A stretch of 64,000 nucleotides of DNA from Candidatus Latescibacterota bacterium (GCA_963791045.1 CAWBQK010000013.1:1-64000), one strand, 5' to 3'. Positions 38,146 to 49,441 are shown, counted from the first letter of the stretch. The notes: generated by a model from the sequence alone, not told the origin. Numbers and translations are program-made.

Positions 38146-41100
38146 TTATTTCAACATCACCATTTTCATGGTCTGGTTGAAGTTGCCGGCGCTCAGCCTG
38201 TAGAAATAGACTCCCGTCGAAACGCGCGAGCCATTTGCGTTTGTCCCGTTCCATTCAGCTGTGAACTGCCCCGGGCTCTTGACCTCGTTGACCAGTGTTT
38301 TGATCTGCCGTCCCTGGACATCGAACACGACGAGCGACACATGTGTCTGCGCCTTGATCTCGTAGCGGATTCGTGTCGTCGGGTTGAACGGGTTGGGATG
38401 GTTCTGATAGAGCCGATCGGCAAACGCGGCGATGTCGTCACCGATTCCCGTCGCCACGGGCTCAACCGGTCCGCCATACCCGCCGGCATAGGCGAGCGAG
38501 TTGACGGCGGAGACCTTGTAATACGTCCCCGCAACCGCCGTGCCGTCATCGTACACCGTGTCCGGCGCCGTCACCGTTGTGATGAAGTTGGCCGCCGCCG
38601 GTATAAACGATCCATCGATGTCCTTGTAAACCGCGTAACTCGAGACGTTGGCCTCGGGGTTCGCGCTCCACGAGATGATCGCATTCCCGCCCGCAATGGC
38701 CGCCGAGAGATTCTTTACATACACGGGATGATCCATGTCGAACGCGTGCGACCCGTAGATTCCCATGTCGGCGGGTGAACCGTCGGGGTCGTCATAGGCC
38801 GGATCGGGGTTACCGCGATCGATTTCGGGCGAGTGCATTGCCAGATGGAAATCACCCGACGCCGGATCGACGAACAACGGATCCTGCGATATGCAGCCGG
38901 CGCCCGGCGTCACACCGTTGTAGTCGGCGGTGGAACTGTTCCACACATTGCAGTAAAGCGGCGTGGGCAGGGTCGTCCCACTGCAGGAGAGACCGAACCC
39001 CGTCGAGTTCGCGATGATGTTGTTCATCACCGAAATCGCCGTGTTGGAGAAATACGCGCCACCCACGGAGGAACCGGTGTTGGCGTTCATGGTGTTGCCG
39101 TTGAAACTCCCGCTGGTCGCATTCAACATATAGCTGGCCGTTCCGCTATTTCCAACCCAGAGGTTGTGATTGACGAAACTCTCGGTCGACGCGAGATAGG
39201 CGCCGCCGCCGATCATTCCAGTATTGTTGAGTATCTTGCAGCCCGTCATCGACAAGGTCGAGCTTCCGTCGGTATCGATTCCGCCACCAATGGTCCTGGC
39301 CTGGTTGTTGTCGAGCGTGACGTTCGTCATTGTCAGATGCGAACCTTCCAAATGGATTCCGCCACCATATCCAATCGTTCCCGCCAATCCGGAGATGTTG
39401 TTCGATACGACATCGCCGTCCATCGACACACTGGTTGTGTTCTTGATATAAATACCACCGCCATATCCCATGGAGGAAGCCACGTCAGCCGAGTTGGCGT
39501 CGATGGTGTTGCCGGAAAATGTCGCCGACGTTGAATTGCCGACGTATACGCCGCCGCCCTTGGCGTTCTCCGCGGTATAAATCAGATCGTTGTTTTGAAT
39601 GGTGCAGCCGGTCATCGTCAGGCTTCCGCCGTCGACAAAAATGCCGCCGCCCTGCCCGGCACCGCACAATTCTATCTCCGTATTGACCAGCGCCAGCGCG
39701 CTGTTGTTCGCATAGATGCCACCGCCCGCGCCATACTCTCCGTTGTCGGCGTCGCAGTCGTGGATATACGAGTTGGCGATGGTCGCCGTCGCATTGTAGA
39801 CCCAGACACCGCCTCCGTACTTGCCCGCGATGGGCAGAAGCTGCGAGCCACCGGTGCCGTTCATAATTTCAAAACCGTCGAGAACCGATTCGGCCGTCGT
39901 CGCCGGTCCGATCTCGATGTTGCCGGTCAGGTCGAGAACGGTCTTGCCCGACACGAGGTCGCGCGAAGAGAATCCGCTGTCATACGCGCCGTACATCTTG
40001 ACCCCGTCGGCGATCGTGATATCGACACCGGTGTAGGTCGTCGAGGCGACGAGGAGCGAGTCCCCCGCGCCGGTTGCGCTTATCGCGTCGGCGAGTGTGT
40101 TCGCCGCATTGGCCGGTGTGATGTACGGAAAAACCCCGGCGCCCGTGGGCGAGAGGTAGTGTTTCGTCGTCTCTTTGACCTCGAAACCGTTCGAAATTAC
40201 GGCCGACTGAAGATCGCGGTTGAACACCTCGATGTCGCGGAGTCCAATCGCCGCGTCGTTATCGATGGTTATCGTGGCCTCGAATGTGTTGGCGTCGATA
40301 AAGGTCAAGGAGTTGAGCGTGATGTCGGGACCCATTTCAACATAGGCGCCGTGAACAAAGTTGGATCCCGAAATGGTGATCGTGGTGGTGACACCCTGGA
40401 AATCGTTGTCGGGGGCAGACGCCGAGGCCGTCGGCGCACTGAGAGGCGCCGGCGCGCACCCGTTGCCGTCCCACCCGATTTGCGCCGGCGTGTACTGGCA
40501 GAGACCGAATGCGTTGTTGTTCATCATGCACGACCCGTGCGGATACCCGTCACAGTTCTCGCAGTTACGATTGAGCTCGGTGCCGCAGGTACAGCCGCAG
40601 CCGCTCTCCGCATACTCGTCGCACGCATTGAAGATATGCCCCGTCTCGTGCGTCAAGACCTGACTCGGATCCCACCCATAACTCCTGGAGAGAAGTTGGG
40701 TAAAGGGCCCACCGAGATAGGCCCACGCGGAGCCGCCGAACAGATACTGCGTCGCGGCGGGCGGCGGGTTGTAGGCGACAAATGCCGAGTACGCCCAGTC
40801 CGTCCCATAGTTCGAACGTTGCCATGTGTTAAAAGAGTTGGTGTTTGTAAATACACTGGTCGATCCAAAACCAAAATTGTTCATAATCGGTTGATCCAAT
40901 CGTTCGACGTCTTCGACGTCTGGATGATCGGCTCGTACCCCTGCTGACAGCGCGAATCGGTTCCCGGGTAGAAGCGAACGAGGAAGGCATTCCAGCAGTC
41001 GAAGTTTTCATACGCCTTCGACGTCCACCAGGCAAGCCCGGTACTCGCACTCATCACGTACTCGTCCATGTGTTCCTGCGACCAGGTGTAAATGTCGGGA

Positions 41101-41759
41101 TCGATCGTTCCATTGCTTTCAACCATGAAGATCGACAACGAAATCGTTCCCGTCATTCTCTCGCTGTTGGATCCGTACGCCGGGGATTTTTCCAAGAGAA
41201 TCCCGCGATCCTTGAGCTGCGCTACATTGAGGCCGACAGACTCGAGGTTCTCTATATAATCGTCGTAATTAAAATCAGGGCGTTGTCGCGCGTCATTCGG
41301 TATCGGTTTGCGGTCCAGCGCCTCGGTGGTGGACATTTCCTCAAAATGTTTCTTCTGTACATCGCCGCGTGCCGCCGCGTTGAAGAACTTCACCATCGCG
41401 TTCGATTGAAAATCGTCGGCCTTCACCTCGCCCGGCAGCACTTCGGTGTCATAAATTGCCGTGATCCCCGCCTGACCGATCAGTTCCGCGCGGCGGTCAA
41501 ACGGTATCCACCCGAGTATCATTGACGGGGGCGACATGATCGCCACTCGTCCGCCGTGGGACTGGATGGTTGCGCGTGCGTTGTGAAGACTCGAGATATC
41601 GTCCGTGTCGAGAACGACAAGTGTGAAGCCGTCGAGCCAGGACATGTCGTTGGATCCGTCGATTTTCGCAGAGGTCGCCGGGGCGGCGATGAGCGAGATA
41701 ACAAGAGCGACGGAGAGAAGCGCGGCAAATTGCGATGTCATTCTGACCTCCAGATGCAA
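38146..41759 (-). CDS. Secreted zinc metalloprotease-like protein with Ig/TIG, right-handed beta-helix and FlgD-Ig domains; frameshift near 40885-40900
   Basis: ORF 40881-41759 carries the signal peptide and ORF 38146-40899 the rest. HETGHIFNACDEY zinc motif, downstream CMM Met-turn, GGG[IV]Y/N-ladder repeats, QNHPNPFNP tail. Confidence 0.8.
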
Positions 41760-41978
41760 AAAAAGCGGCGGGGAAAACGGGTGCGTGAGTCATTGAGTCA
41801 CTTGTGAAACAATGCGCAATAACGGGCAATGCCAATCCCCTTTTTCCCCATCGCGTGCGCGGAAAAAGCAAGATTATCGCCAACAACCGTTTGCCCCCGC
41901 TCGTCACGCGGGTGCTTTATCTCTTTCAATATTATATATCAATTACGGGTATAGACACAAGCGATGGCTGCGGGCTGA

Positions 41979-42007
41979 TTGACTTTTGGCTCCAGTTGCT
42001 GTAAACT
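41979..42007 (+). promoter_or_regulatory. Sigma70 promoter
   Basis: TTGACT-N17-TAAACT. Confidence 0.55.
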
Positions 42008-42128
42008 ATATCCATAGCCTTGTCAACGATTTAGGGCAAAAGGCTTAAGAGAGTTGTGGGTCCGCCCGCCTGTCACGGCTCTCAATCGATTTCCGCATGC
42101 CCTGCGGAGGAAGAGACGCGAGGATACT

Positions 42129-44792
42129 ATGCGCTGCACCTTGGCTGGACGTCTCGCCTTCTGTCTCGTGGTGCCCCTTATTCTGGGGGCGCTCGCGGCT
42201 TCGGCCACGTCGGCTACGCCGACCGGCCGGGACAACGACGGGCTCGTCCTCAACGATTCGGTCTACGCGGCCAACCATCCCAAGCTGCTCTATACCCAGT
42301 CCGATATTCCCGCGCTCTATAATAAGGTCCGGGACGGCGGCAATGACGACCTCGCGTATTCTTTTATCCGGATTGTCATCCAGTACATTTACCCCGGATC
42401 GACAACCGAAGAACTTCTCGACGACAACTACGGTATTTCGACATTCCCAAATCTCGGCATGGGGTCCGCCCTCGAATCACCACCCGACCCGGCGCCATAT
42501 CTTCTCGGCCATGACCTCACCGTCTACATCGCCGACACGTGGGGCCCCGATTTCGACAACTTCAACAGTGCGCTCCGTCTTCGCTCGCTGGTTCTCGGTT
42601 ACGACATGTTTTTTGGCGACGCCGAAGAGAGCGAGCGGACGTACATTCGTGACGAGATCGAAAGCTACATCGATTTGTTCTCGACCGATGACGACTATGA
42701 CATCTGGTCGTACCGCCCTTACTTAAGCAATGTGAGCGTGATGATTGCGTCGTCGCTGGGGCTTGCGGCGATTTGTCTCGATGGCGAAATCGAACCGTAC
42801 AAAATTGAATACGCGATCGACCGCGCCGACTACCTCATCCACACATGGCTCAAATATCATGTCGACGAAGAAGGCGCATACAATGAGGGAGCGTTGTATG
42901 GGGCCTGGAGCATGCGGAATCTCATCTACTACTTCTGGGCGCGTCTTCGCTACGACGGCTATGATTTCTCGCAGGACGGCAAGATTCGCAATATGGAGAA
43001 ATGGTTCGCATTCGAACTTCACCCCGACGGCGGGGCAATGACGAACAACATCCAGGACAGCGAATACCTCGAGCACCCTCTATCGCAGCATACGACATAC
43101 TTCGACTGGGCGCAGACCGCGTGGGGCAGCGGACTCTCCGCGTACATTTGGGATCATGTCGCGGGTATATACGGGCACAATTCCGGGACGGAGGCGGACA
43201 AGGCGGGCACGGTGCTCTGGAACCAGAACCTCACACCGATTCAACCCGAAACAGTTTTGCCGGCGAGCGTCGTCTGGGAACACAGGGGACTCTACTACTA
43301 TCGGTCGGGTTGGCCCGTGGGCGCAACATCCGGTGATGTGATGTTTAGTTTCTATTCGGGACAGTTCCAGGGCGGTCACTCCCAGGAAGACCAGAACCAG
43401 TTCACGCTTTATGCGTACGGCGCCCACTTCGCCATGGACCACGGTTCGGGAACGCTACCGAGAGAGAGCGAAGCGCACAACATGGTGTTTATCGACGGGG
43501 CCGGGCAGCATTTCTCGGGCGCGTCAATCGGCACCGACGGGCGGTTTCGGACGCACATCGTTAACGATTTCTCTGACTACCTTCTCGGCGATGCGACATC
43601 CGCTTACACCACCCACAGCCCCCTCAACAACCCGTCCTTCCCCTTCCCCAAAACCGACTGGTCGTGGGGTTACCAGGGCGCCAACCCCGTCGACCACGCG
43701 TACCGCTCGGTCTTTGTCGTCCGCGACCCCGGCACACCACCGTACTTCATAATTATCGACGACATCGAAAAGGACGGGGCTCCGCACACCTACGAGTGGC
43801 GGCTGCACACCGGACGGGACAACACGATCGACACCACGTCGAATCCGATCCACATCGCGGACGGCAACGCGTTCCTCGATATCCATGTACTCAATCCGGC
43901 GTTCAACCAGCTCCAGAAATCGATCGCTCATTTCAATAATCTCGTCCCCGACCCGGACTCGAATATTCTGTCGCTGAGGACGACGGCCGTAAATCCAATG
44001 TTTGCCTTTGTCCTGATCCCGGGGGACGCGGGCGTTGTCCCGCCCGTCGTCACCAGCACCACCGAATCGTGGGGTTTCAGCGTGGCAGTCGAATGGCCGA
44101 CGGGCGACACCGATCATCTTCTCGTCAACACATCCGGCGGCATCGTGTCGCACACGCTGCCGTCAGGCGCGTCGAATCCCGCGGCAGTCTGGGACATAAC
44201 AGACGAAGACATTGAGACCGACGCCGGTCTTGCGCTCGTCCGCTTTAACGGCGGCGGCGTGGAGAAGTATTCGCTCATCGACGCAACCACTTTCAGCGCG
44301 AACGGCACCAACTATGTCACGATAGGAAACGGCCCAATGACGATCGCGAATTCGGGCTCCGCGATAAACATGGACCGTTATGAAGCCGACTTCTCCCTCT
44401 ACGCTCCGGGCGTGACCGATGTTTTCTACAGGGGCCAGAGGATCTATGTCAACGAGGTGGGTGGGTATCTCACGCGCGACACCGCGGCGTCGGTTGATGA
44501 TCCCGTCGTACCGGCGCACACCATCAATGTGGCCTCGTACCCCAACCCTTTCAACCCTTCGACAACCATCGCGGTCGAGATACCGGCGCCATCTAATGTA
44601 GAGGCCGCCATCTTCGACACGTCGGGGCGCCTCGTCAAACGCTTGTGGAACGGACCGCTCTCCTCGGGTGTGCGCACGTTTCATTGGAATGGGGAGAGTT
44701 CAACCGGGGATCGTGTGGCAAGCGGAGTGTACTTCGTAAAGGTGACGGCGGGGTCCGCGTCACGGACCGTCAAGATCACCGTTCTCAAGTAG
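42129..44792 (+). CDS. Secreted heparinase II/III-like polysaccharide lyase family protein with FlgD-Ig C-terminus
   Basis: HPKLLY; GAYNEGALYG; YYYRSGW; GGHSQEDQNQF; AHNMVFIDG; IIDDI...WRLH; SYPNPFNP tail. Confidence 0.8.
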   Translation: MRCTLAGRLAFCLVVPLILGALAASATSATPTGRDNDGLVLNDSVYAANHPKLLYTQSDIPALYNKVRDGGNDDLAYSFIRIVIQYIYPGSTTEELLDDNYGISTFPNLGMGSALESPPDPAPYLLGHDLTVYIADTWGPDFDNFNSALRLRSLVLGYDMFFGDAEESERTYIRDEIESYIDLFSTDDDYDIWSYRPYLSNVSVMIASSLGLAAICLDGEIEPYKIEYAIDRADYLIHTWLKYHVDEEGAYNEGALYGAWSMRNLIYYFWARLRYDGYDFSQDGKIRNMEKWFAFELHPDGGAMTNNIQDSEYLEHPLSQHTTYFDWAQTAWGSGLSAYIWDHVAGIYGHNSGTEADKAGTVLWNQNLTPIQPETVLPASVVWEHRGLYYYRSGWPVGATSGDVMFSFYSGQFQGGHSQEDQNQFTLYAYGAHFAMDHGSGTLPRESEAHNMVFIDGAGQHFSGASIGTDGRFRTHIVNDFSDYLLGDATSAYTTHSPLNNPSFPFPKTDWSWGYQGANPVDHAYRSVFVVRDPGTPPYFIIIDDIEKDGAPHTYEWRLHTGRDNTIDTTSNPIHIADGNAFLDIHVLNPAFNQLQKSIAHFNNLVPDPDSNILSLRTTAVNPMFAFVLIPGDAGVVPPVVTSTTESWGFSVAVEWPTGDTDHLLVNTSGGIVSHTLPSGASNPAAVWDITDEDIETDAGLALVRFNGGGVEKYSLIDATTFSANGTNYVTIGNGPMTIANSGSAINMDRYEADFSLYAPGVTDVFYRGQRIYVNEVGGYLTRDTAASVDDPVVPAHTINVASYPNPFNPSTTIAVEIPAPSNVEAAIFDTSGRLVKRLWNGPLSSGVRTFHWNGESSTGDRVASGVYFVKVTAGSASRTVKITVLK

Positions 44793-45851
44793 GCCAAAAA
44801 AGCCGCCGCGGTCTTCTGTCCCCGCTATGGCATCCGCGGCCGGAAAATCTTCACCAAATATCAATCGAAAATCCTTCATCGTCGTTCTCGCCGTAATTGT
44901 AAATCTACGGAGTTCGAGTCTGTCCCTGTACGGCGCCGTCGTCGCAAATGGCTGGGGGGAGTTCGTTCCCTCCTCGAGCGTGCATGTGGCCTCGAAGCCC
45001 GCGCTCATCGCCACACTGTCGAGCACGGCACTGGCAAATCCGTACGGCCATGCGAGAAAACGCGGTTCCACGCCGAGATGTTCTTTTATCAACGCGTGGG
45101 ACGTCTTTAAATCCTCGCACACCATTCCCTGCCATGACGACCCACCCGGGGGATCGTGCAATCCAAGGCCCGCGGCGACAAACACCGGGATCATTCCATG
45201 GCGTGTCTTGACTTTGCGGTGAAGATCGTGCGAGTGCGACTGGATGGAGAAAACACCCGACTCCTGCATGGCGCGGAGTTCATCCCATGTCAAACAGTCC
45301 ACCCGGTCCCACTTCGTCCCCACCTTCGACGTCACGACAAAGAGCGTCGCTTTGAAACCATACCGTTCGAGTATCGGCCGCGCAAATTCGAGAGCGCTGC
45401 GGTCGCCGTCATCGAATGTAATCACCACCGGCTTTGGCGGGAGTCCCCCGTACCCCCGCTGCCACGCGATGAGTTTGTCGAGTCCGACCGACTCGTATCC
45501 GTTCTCCGCCAGATACGCCAACTGCTTTTCGAACGAGCAGGCGGACTGTGTCCATACGTCAACGTTGCCGAGAAGCGGCAGATTCAGAAAGAGCGCCCCG
45601 AGGATTTTGACAAAACCAACACGGCGTTGTCTTCGCGCGCAAATAGTGATGACAGAGGACGGGGACGCCGCCGAGCTCCGCGCCGCTATTGATTTCGCCG
45701 ATATGTCGCGTAAAGTTGTGTCGTACGGGGCTTGCGTTTGCGGCGCCAGGCACGCCATCACCATGAGCGCGACAACAAACAAGAATGCCGACCCAGCCCC
45801 GATCAGCGACGCGGTTCGAAGTTCGGTCATTATAATGGAACGGCGTGTCAT
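44760..45851 (-). CDS. Polysaccharide deacetylase (CE4, PgaB/IcaB-like)
   Basis: VITFDDG; IQSHSHDLH; AWPYG. GVPVLCHHYLR appears in an alternative frame near 45650, suggesting compensating indels. Confidence 0.85.
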   Translation of the reverse strand: MTRRSIIMTELRTASLIGAGSAFLFVVALMVMACLAPQTQAPYDTTLRDISAKSIAARSSAASPSSVITICARRQRRVGFVKILGALFLNLPLLGNVDVWTQSACSFEKQLAYLAENGYESVGLDKLIAWQRGYGGLPPKPVVITFDDGDRSALEFARPILERYGFKATLFVVTSKVGTKWDRVDCLTWDELRAMQESGVFSIQSHSHDLHRKVKTRHGMIPVFVAAGLGLHDPPGGSSWQGMVCEDLKTSHALIKEHLGVEPRFLAWPYGFASAVLDSVAMSAGFEATCTLEEGTNSPQPFATTAPYRDRLELRRFTITARTTMKDFRLIFGEDFPAADAIAGTEDRGGFFGLLENGDLDGP

Positions 45852-45853
45852 GT

Positions 45854-47647
45854 CTAACGCGTCCTCGCAAAGTCGATCGTCATAAATACGCCTTCGGACC
45901 GGAACCCGTCGGGAGAGGTGACGCGCGACCCCGATTTGTAATAACCGGTCCGAACATAAACGCCGCCCACCACACGGACACTGAGTTCTCCGTCAAAAGA
46001 GCCGATGCTCGCCCATCCGGCGCCGCTGTCCCTCTCTGTGCCAAAACGGCCTTCGATCCTGAGCCGGACACGCCGCCCCAGGTCGGTCACATACCGCAAC
46101 CCCAGGTAGAGATTCGTATAGTTTTCGGGGTTGAAATACCCGTTGCTCTTTTCCTCGGCAAAGTTGAAGTAGTCGATTCCCTCGATGAGTGTGGTCTGGT
46201 TAAAAAACTTGTACGGCACGTGGACCGGAGGCGTCCATTCGCCGCGGTGAAGCAAGGCGAACCGCGAGTTGCCGTCGCTGTAGTTCGAAAACCTCAGTTC
46301 CCAGAACGTCACCGCCCGATGCGCGACTCGCCAGTCAAGCCCGGCGTTGAAATTCGTCACGGATATCCCGCGATACACCGGTTCGGGGATCGTCATGGTT
46401 TGTCTCGACGACCCCAGGTCAAAGCGCACCCAGTCGCGTGGCGTCAGCGTGAAGTACACGTCCCAAAGCATCAGGTTGAAATCACTCACCGCCTCGGTGG
46501 ACGGCGGAACCGTTATCGCGTCAAACCGGTTCACCTCGTAACCGCCCTTCAGCGACATCATCAGCAGCTCAGAGAATCTGTGTTCGAGCGACAGCCAGAA
46601 CTGGTCGCGGCCGATATCGGGAACGCCGTCTTTTTTGAGCGCGCCGTGAACGTAGGACGCGCTGAATTCGGTGCTGTACCCGGACGGGAACGACGCCGAA
46701 AAGAGCGTTCGTCCATACGACCCGTCATCGGTGTTTTCGGAGTAGAGATATGACACCGACCCGTTGGGCTGCGGCGAGTTTTCGATGGTTTGCTTCAATT
46801 GCTCAAGGTCGTCGGAAGGCTCGGCATGTTGAATCGCTTCGATCGCGAGATCCGCGCGGCCCATCCAGAAAAGCGACTCGGCGAGTCCTTTTACCGCCTC
46901 GGTATTGCCGGGATGGTCTTTGAGGACGTCCTCGTATTGAGCGCGGGCCTCCCTGTGCCTGCTCGACCAGTTCAAAATTTGCGCGCGGCCGAGCCGTGCT
47001 TCCATATTTTTGGGATCGCGTTCGAGGAGATAGTCGTAAATCTCCTCGGCGGTCTGCCGGTCTTCTTGCCACGCCGCCACCCTCGCAAGTCCGAGCAAAA
47101 CATACGGCCACTCTTTCTTGCTCTTTGGAAGTAATTCGAGATAGTAATCTTCGGCGTCGTAGAGATCGTCCGCCCAACTCAACGCGCGTGCGATCCCCAT
47201 GCTCGCCTCGATGTCGCCGGGGTGATAGGAGAGGTACCTGGCATACCAAACAATCGCGGAATCTGGAACCTCGGCCCATGTGTACTGATGCCCGAGTTCG
47301 AGGGACACGGTCGATTCGAAATCAGAATCGAGCTCGAGCGCCTCGAGGTACAAGCGAATCGCGTCGCGGTGCCGATCCTCGCCCGCCGCCGTCCGCGCTT
47401 CCGCGAGCACTGACCCGGCTCGGGCTCTGTTTTCGGCCGCAGTACTCGCGCCTGACAACCCGGCACGGGTTCTGTCATCGGTTTCCCCACGCGTGCTCGC
47501 TTCGCTCCGCCGCTCTGGGGGCCCCACCGATGCCACCCGTGCCTGTTCTGTTCGCGCGAACGTGGCGCCGCCCGCGCCTACTATAAATAGCAGCAGTAGT
47601 GCGGCAAGGCGCGTGGCGGTGGGTGATTTCAATTCGAACATTGTCAT
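45854..47647 (-). CDS. TPR plus outer-membrane beta-barrel protein (PgaA-like export protein)
   Basis: ATGA overlap with the GT2 stop; signal peptide; TPR repeats (ARALSW, ARVAAW, AQILNW); beta-strand-rich C-terminus with GYFNPE. Confidence 0.78.
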   Translation of the reverse strand: MTMFELKSPTATRLAALLLLFIVGAGGATFARTEQARVASVGPPERRSEASTRGETDDRTRAGLSGASTAAENRARAGSVLAEARTAAGEDRHRDAIRLYLEALELDSDFESTVSLELGHQYTWAEVPDSAIVWYARYLSYHPGDIEASMGIARALSWADDLYDAEDYYLELLPKSKKEWPYVLLGLARVAAWQEDRQTAEEIYDYLLERDPKNMEARLGRAQILNWSSRHREARAQYEDVLKDHPGNTEAVKGLAESLFWMGRADLAIEAIQHAEPSDDLEQLKQTIENSPQPNGSVSYLYSENTDDGSYGRTLFSASFPSGYSTEFSASYVHGALKKDGVPDIGRDQFWLSLEHRFSELLMMSLKGGYEVNRFDAITVPPSTEAVSDFNLMLWDVYFTLTPRDWVRFDLGSSRQTMTIPEPVYRGISVTNFNAGLDWRVAHRAVTFWELRFSNYSDGNSRFALLHRGEWTPPVHVPYKFFNQTTLIEGIDYFNFAEEKSNGYFNPENYTNLYLGLRYVTDLGRRVRLRIEGRFGTERDSGAGWASIGSFDGELSVRVVGGVYVRTGYYKSGSRVTSPDGFRSEGVFMTIDFARTR

Positions 47648-48909
47648 CCGACCTCTCTCACCGGTTTCCAACGCGCCGGTTCGCCGTTGTTCCGCGTGCG
47701 CAGCAAACCGCCCGGCGTCGACACAAAAGTCACCGTCGCCATCAACATCCAATAGATCAGCGGGTAGAGCACGGCGATACTGTAGTACCACGGCAGGTGG
47801 CGATCGTAGCGCCTGTCGAGGAGCACGCCGACAAACAGTTGCACGAGACACATCGTCCCGATAAGCATCCCCCAGTAGTTTGGAATCGGAGAGGCGCCGA
47901 TCGGGGGATACCCCGTCGCGTACGACACCGCCCACAACACGACGAACACCACGAAGCAGTACGCCCACAGAATCGACAGATACGATTCGATGAGCACGGG
48001 CGAGAGCCGCCGCGCCTTCCAGGAAAGCGTTTCCTTTCCGTGCCGGCGAATGACCTGGGCGAGACCCGTCGCCCACCGCCGTCTCTGCCGCCACAACCCG
48101 CCGAGACTCACGGGCACGCGCATCCACACAATCGCGCGCGGCTCGTAACGGATGTCATAAAACTTGAGCTGGAGTTTCCACGTGAGGTCGATGTCTTCGG
48201 TGGACATTTCGGGGCTGAACAATCCCGAGTCGAGAAGCGCGTTGCGGTGAAAAGCGCCGACAACACCGCTCATTGTAAGGAGCTTGCCCCACACGCGAGC
48301 GCCGCGTCGCTGGAGCGACACGATCGACGCGAATTCAATCGCCTGCATCTTGGCAAGCAGGCTCCGTCGGTTCAGGACACGCGGGTTCCCCGTGACCGCC
48401 CCGACTCGCCCCGCGCGAAAATGCGGCACCATCGCGTTAAGGATGCCCGAATCGGGGACGGCGTCGGCATCGAGGATGAGCAGGATTTCGCCATTTGTCA
48501 GCGGGATGGCATCGTTCAACGCCATCGCCTTGCCTTCGTTCTTCGACTTGTCGATAAGACGAACCTTGCCCGCCTGGGCAAATGGTCGGATCTTGTCGAC
48601 GGTCGCATCCGTCGATCCATCGTTGACGATAACAATTTCAAAATTGGGGTAGTCGATCTTCAAACAACCGATGATCGTGCTAACAATATGTTCTTCCTCA
48701 TTGAAAGCCGCCATCAGCACGGTCACAAACGGGGTGTAGCCGGTGTCGCCGGGCGGCGGCACGCGGCGTTCGCGTCTGAAGAAGAACACGACGCTCGATA
48801 TCACCCACAACGAACTGCTGAATATCGGATACCACGCAAAAAAGATGAGCGCGGCGAGATACACCGGGTTCCGCTGAATCGATTCCATAAGTGTCGGGAT
48901 ATCGATCAC
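47644..48909 (-). CDS. pgaC: Poly-beta-1,6-N-acetylglucosamine synthase-like GT2
   Basis: AFNEE; NDGSTD; GKAMALN; DAD; AVTGNP; TEDIDLTWKLQ; QRRRW; PLIYW. Confidence 0.85.
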   Translation of the reverse strand: MIDIPTLMESIQRNPVYLAALIFFAWYPIFSSSLWVISSVVFFFRRERRVPPPGDTGYTPFVTVLMAAFNEEEHIVSTIIGCLKIDYPNFEIVIVNDGSTDATVDKIRPFAQAGKVRLIDKSKNEGKAMALNDAIPLTNGEILLILDADAVPDSGILNAMVPHFRAGRVGAVTGNPRVLNRRSLLAKMQAIEFASIVSLQRRGARVWGKLLTMSGVVGAFHRNALLDSGLFSPEMSTEDIDLTWKLQLKFYDIRYEPRAIVWMRVPVSLGGLWRQRRRWATGLAQVIRRHGKETLSWKARRLSPVLIESYLSILWAYCFVVFVVLWAVSYATGYPPIGASPIPNYWGMLIGTMCLVQLFVGVLLDRRYDRHLPWYYSIAVLYPLIYWMLMATVTFVSTPGGLLRTRNNGEPARWKPVREVG

Positions 48910-49316
48910 GGGGCGCCTCTATCCTGAAAATCGTCCGGCCAGAACAGCTTCTTCTTCGACGTAATTCTGTCTCGAATGATGACCCGGACATAATTCGCTT
49001 TGCTCAGCGCGTCGCGGTTTTCCATCAGGAGTTCTCGTCCGAGATAATCGTGTGTCGGCTCCCCCACGTCGCGCCGCTGGACGCGTCTCTCCCCCACTTT
49101 TTTGTGCAGGCGGATATTGTAATAGATCCACCAAAACAAGTAAGCCGCGCTCAACACGATGAGCACGGCCAGGCATATCAACGCCATTTTTGTGTCGGGA
49201 TTCATGGGCCGGCGGATGACGATCATCCAGTAGTACACAAACACCACCCACAACAACACAGAGACAATCACATGGAAGATCTGCCTGAGCATGCGCGCCG
49301 ATCCGAAAGATGACAA
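48906..49316 (-). CDS. Small two-TM protein, PgaD-like
   Basis: Two hydrophobic helices followed by WIYYN...RR, resembling the PgaD WxxYN pattern; overlaps the pgaC start. Confidence 0.6.
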   Translation of the reverse strand: MSSFGSARMLRQIFHVIVSVLLWVVFVYYWMIVIRRPMNPDTKMALICLAVLIVLSAAYLFWWIYYNIRLHKKVGERRVQRRDVGEPTHDYLGRELLMENRDALSKANYVRVIIRDRITSKKKLFWPDDFQDRGAP

Positions 49317-49441
49317 GAGCTGATGATTTAAGCGTATATCCTGATGCCATCCATGCGGCCGGAACTGATTTCAATAAATGAAATCCGGCCCAACGCAGAT
49401 GCTAAGCCAGTTCGGGCAAAAACTGGAAGCGTTATGTCAGT

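Noticed and set aside
45854-48127. 757-aa start for the TPR/barrel gene
   Set aside because: It would overlap pgaC by about 480 nt; the ATGA-coupled start at 47647 gives a proper signal peptide.
47599-48927. Long antisense ORFs (also 39595-40947, 61644-63203, 12529-13593, 31622-32656)
   Set aside because: These are shadow ORFs opposite well-supported genes in GC-rich DNA, with no recognisable motifs.
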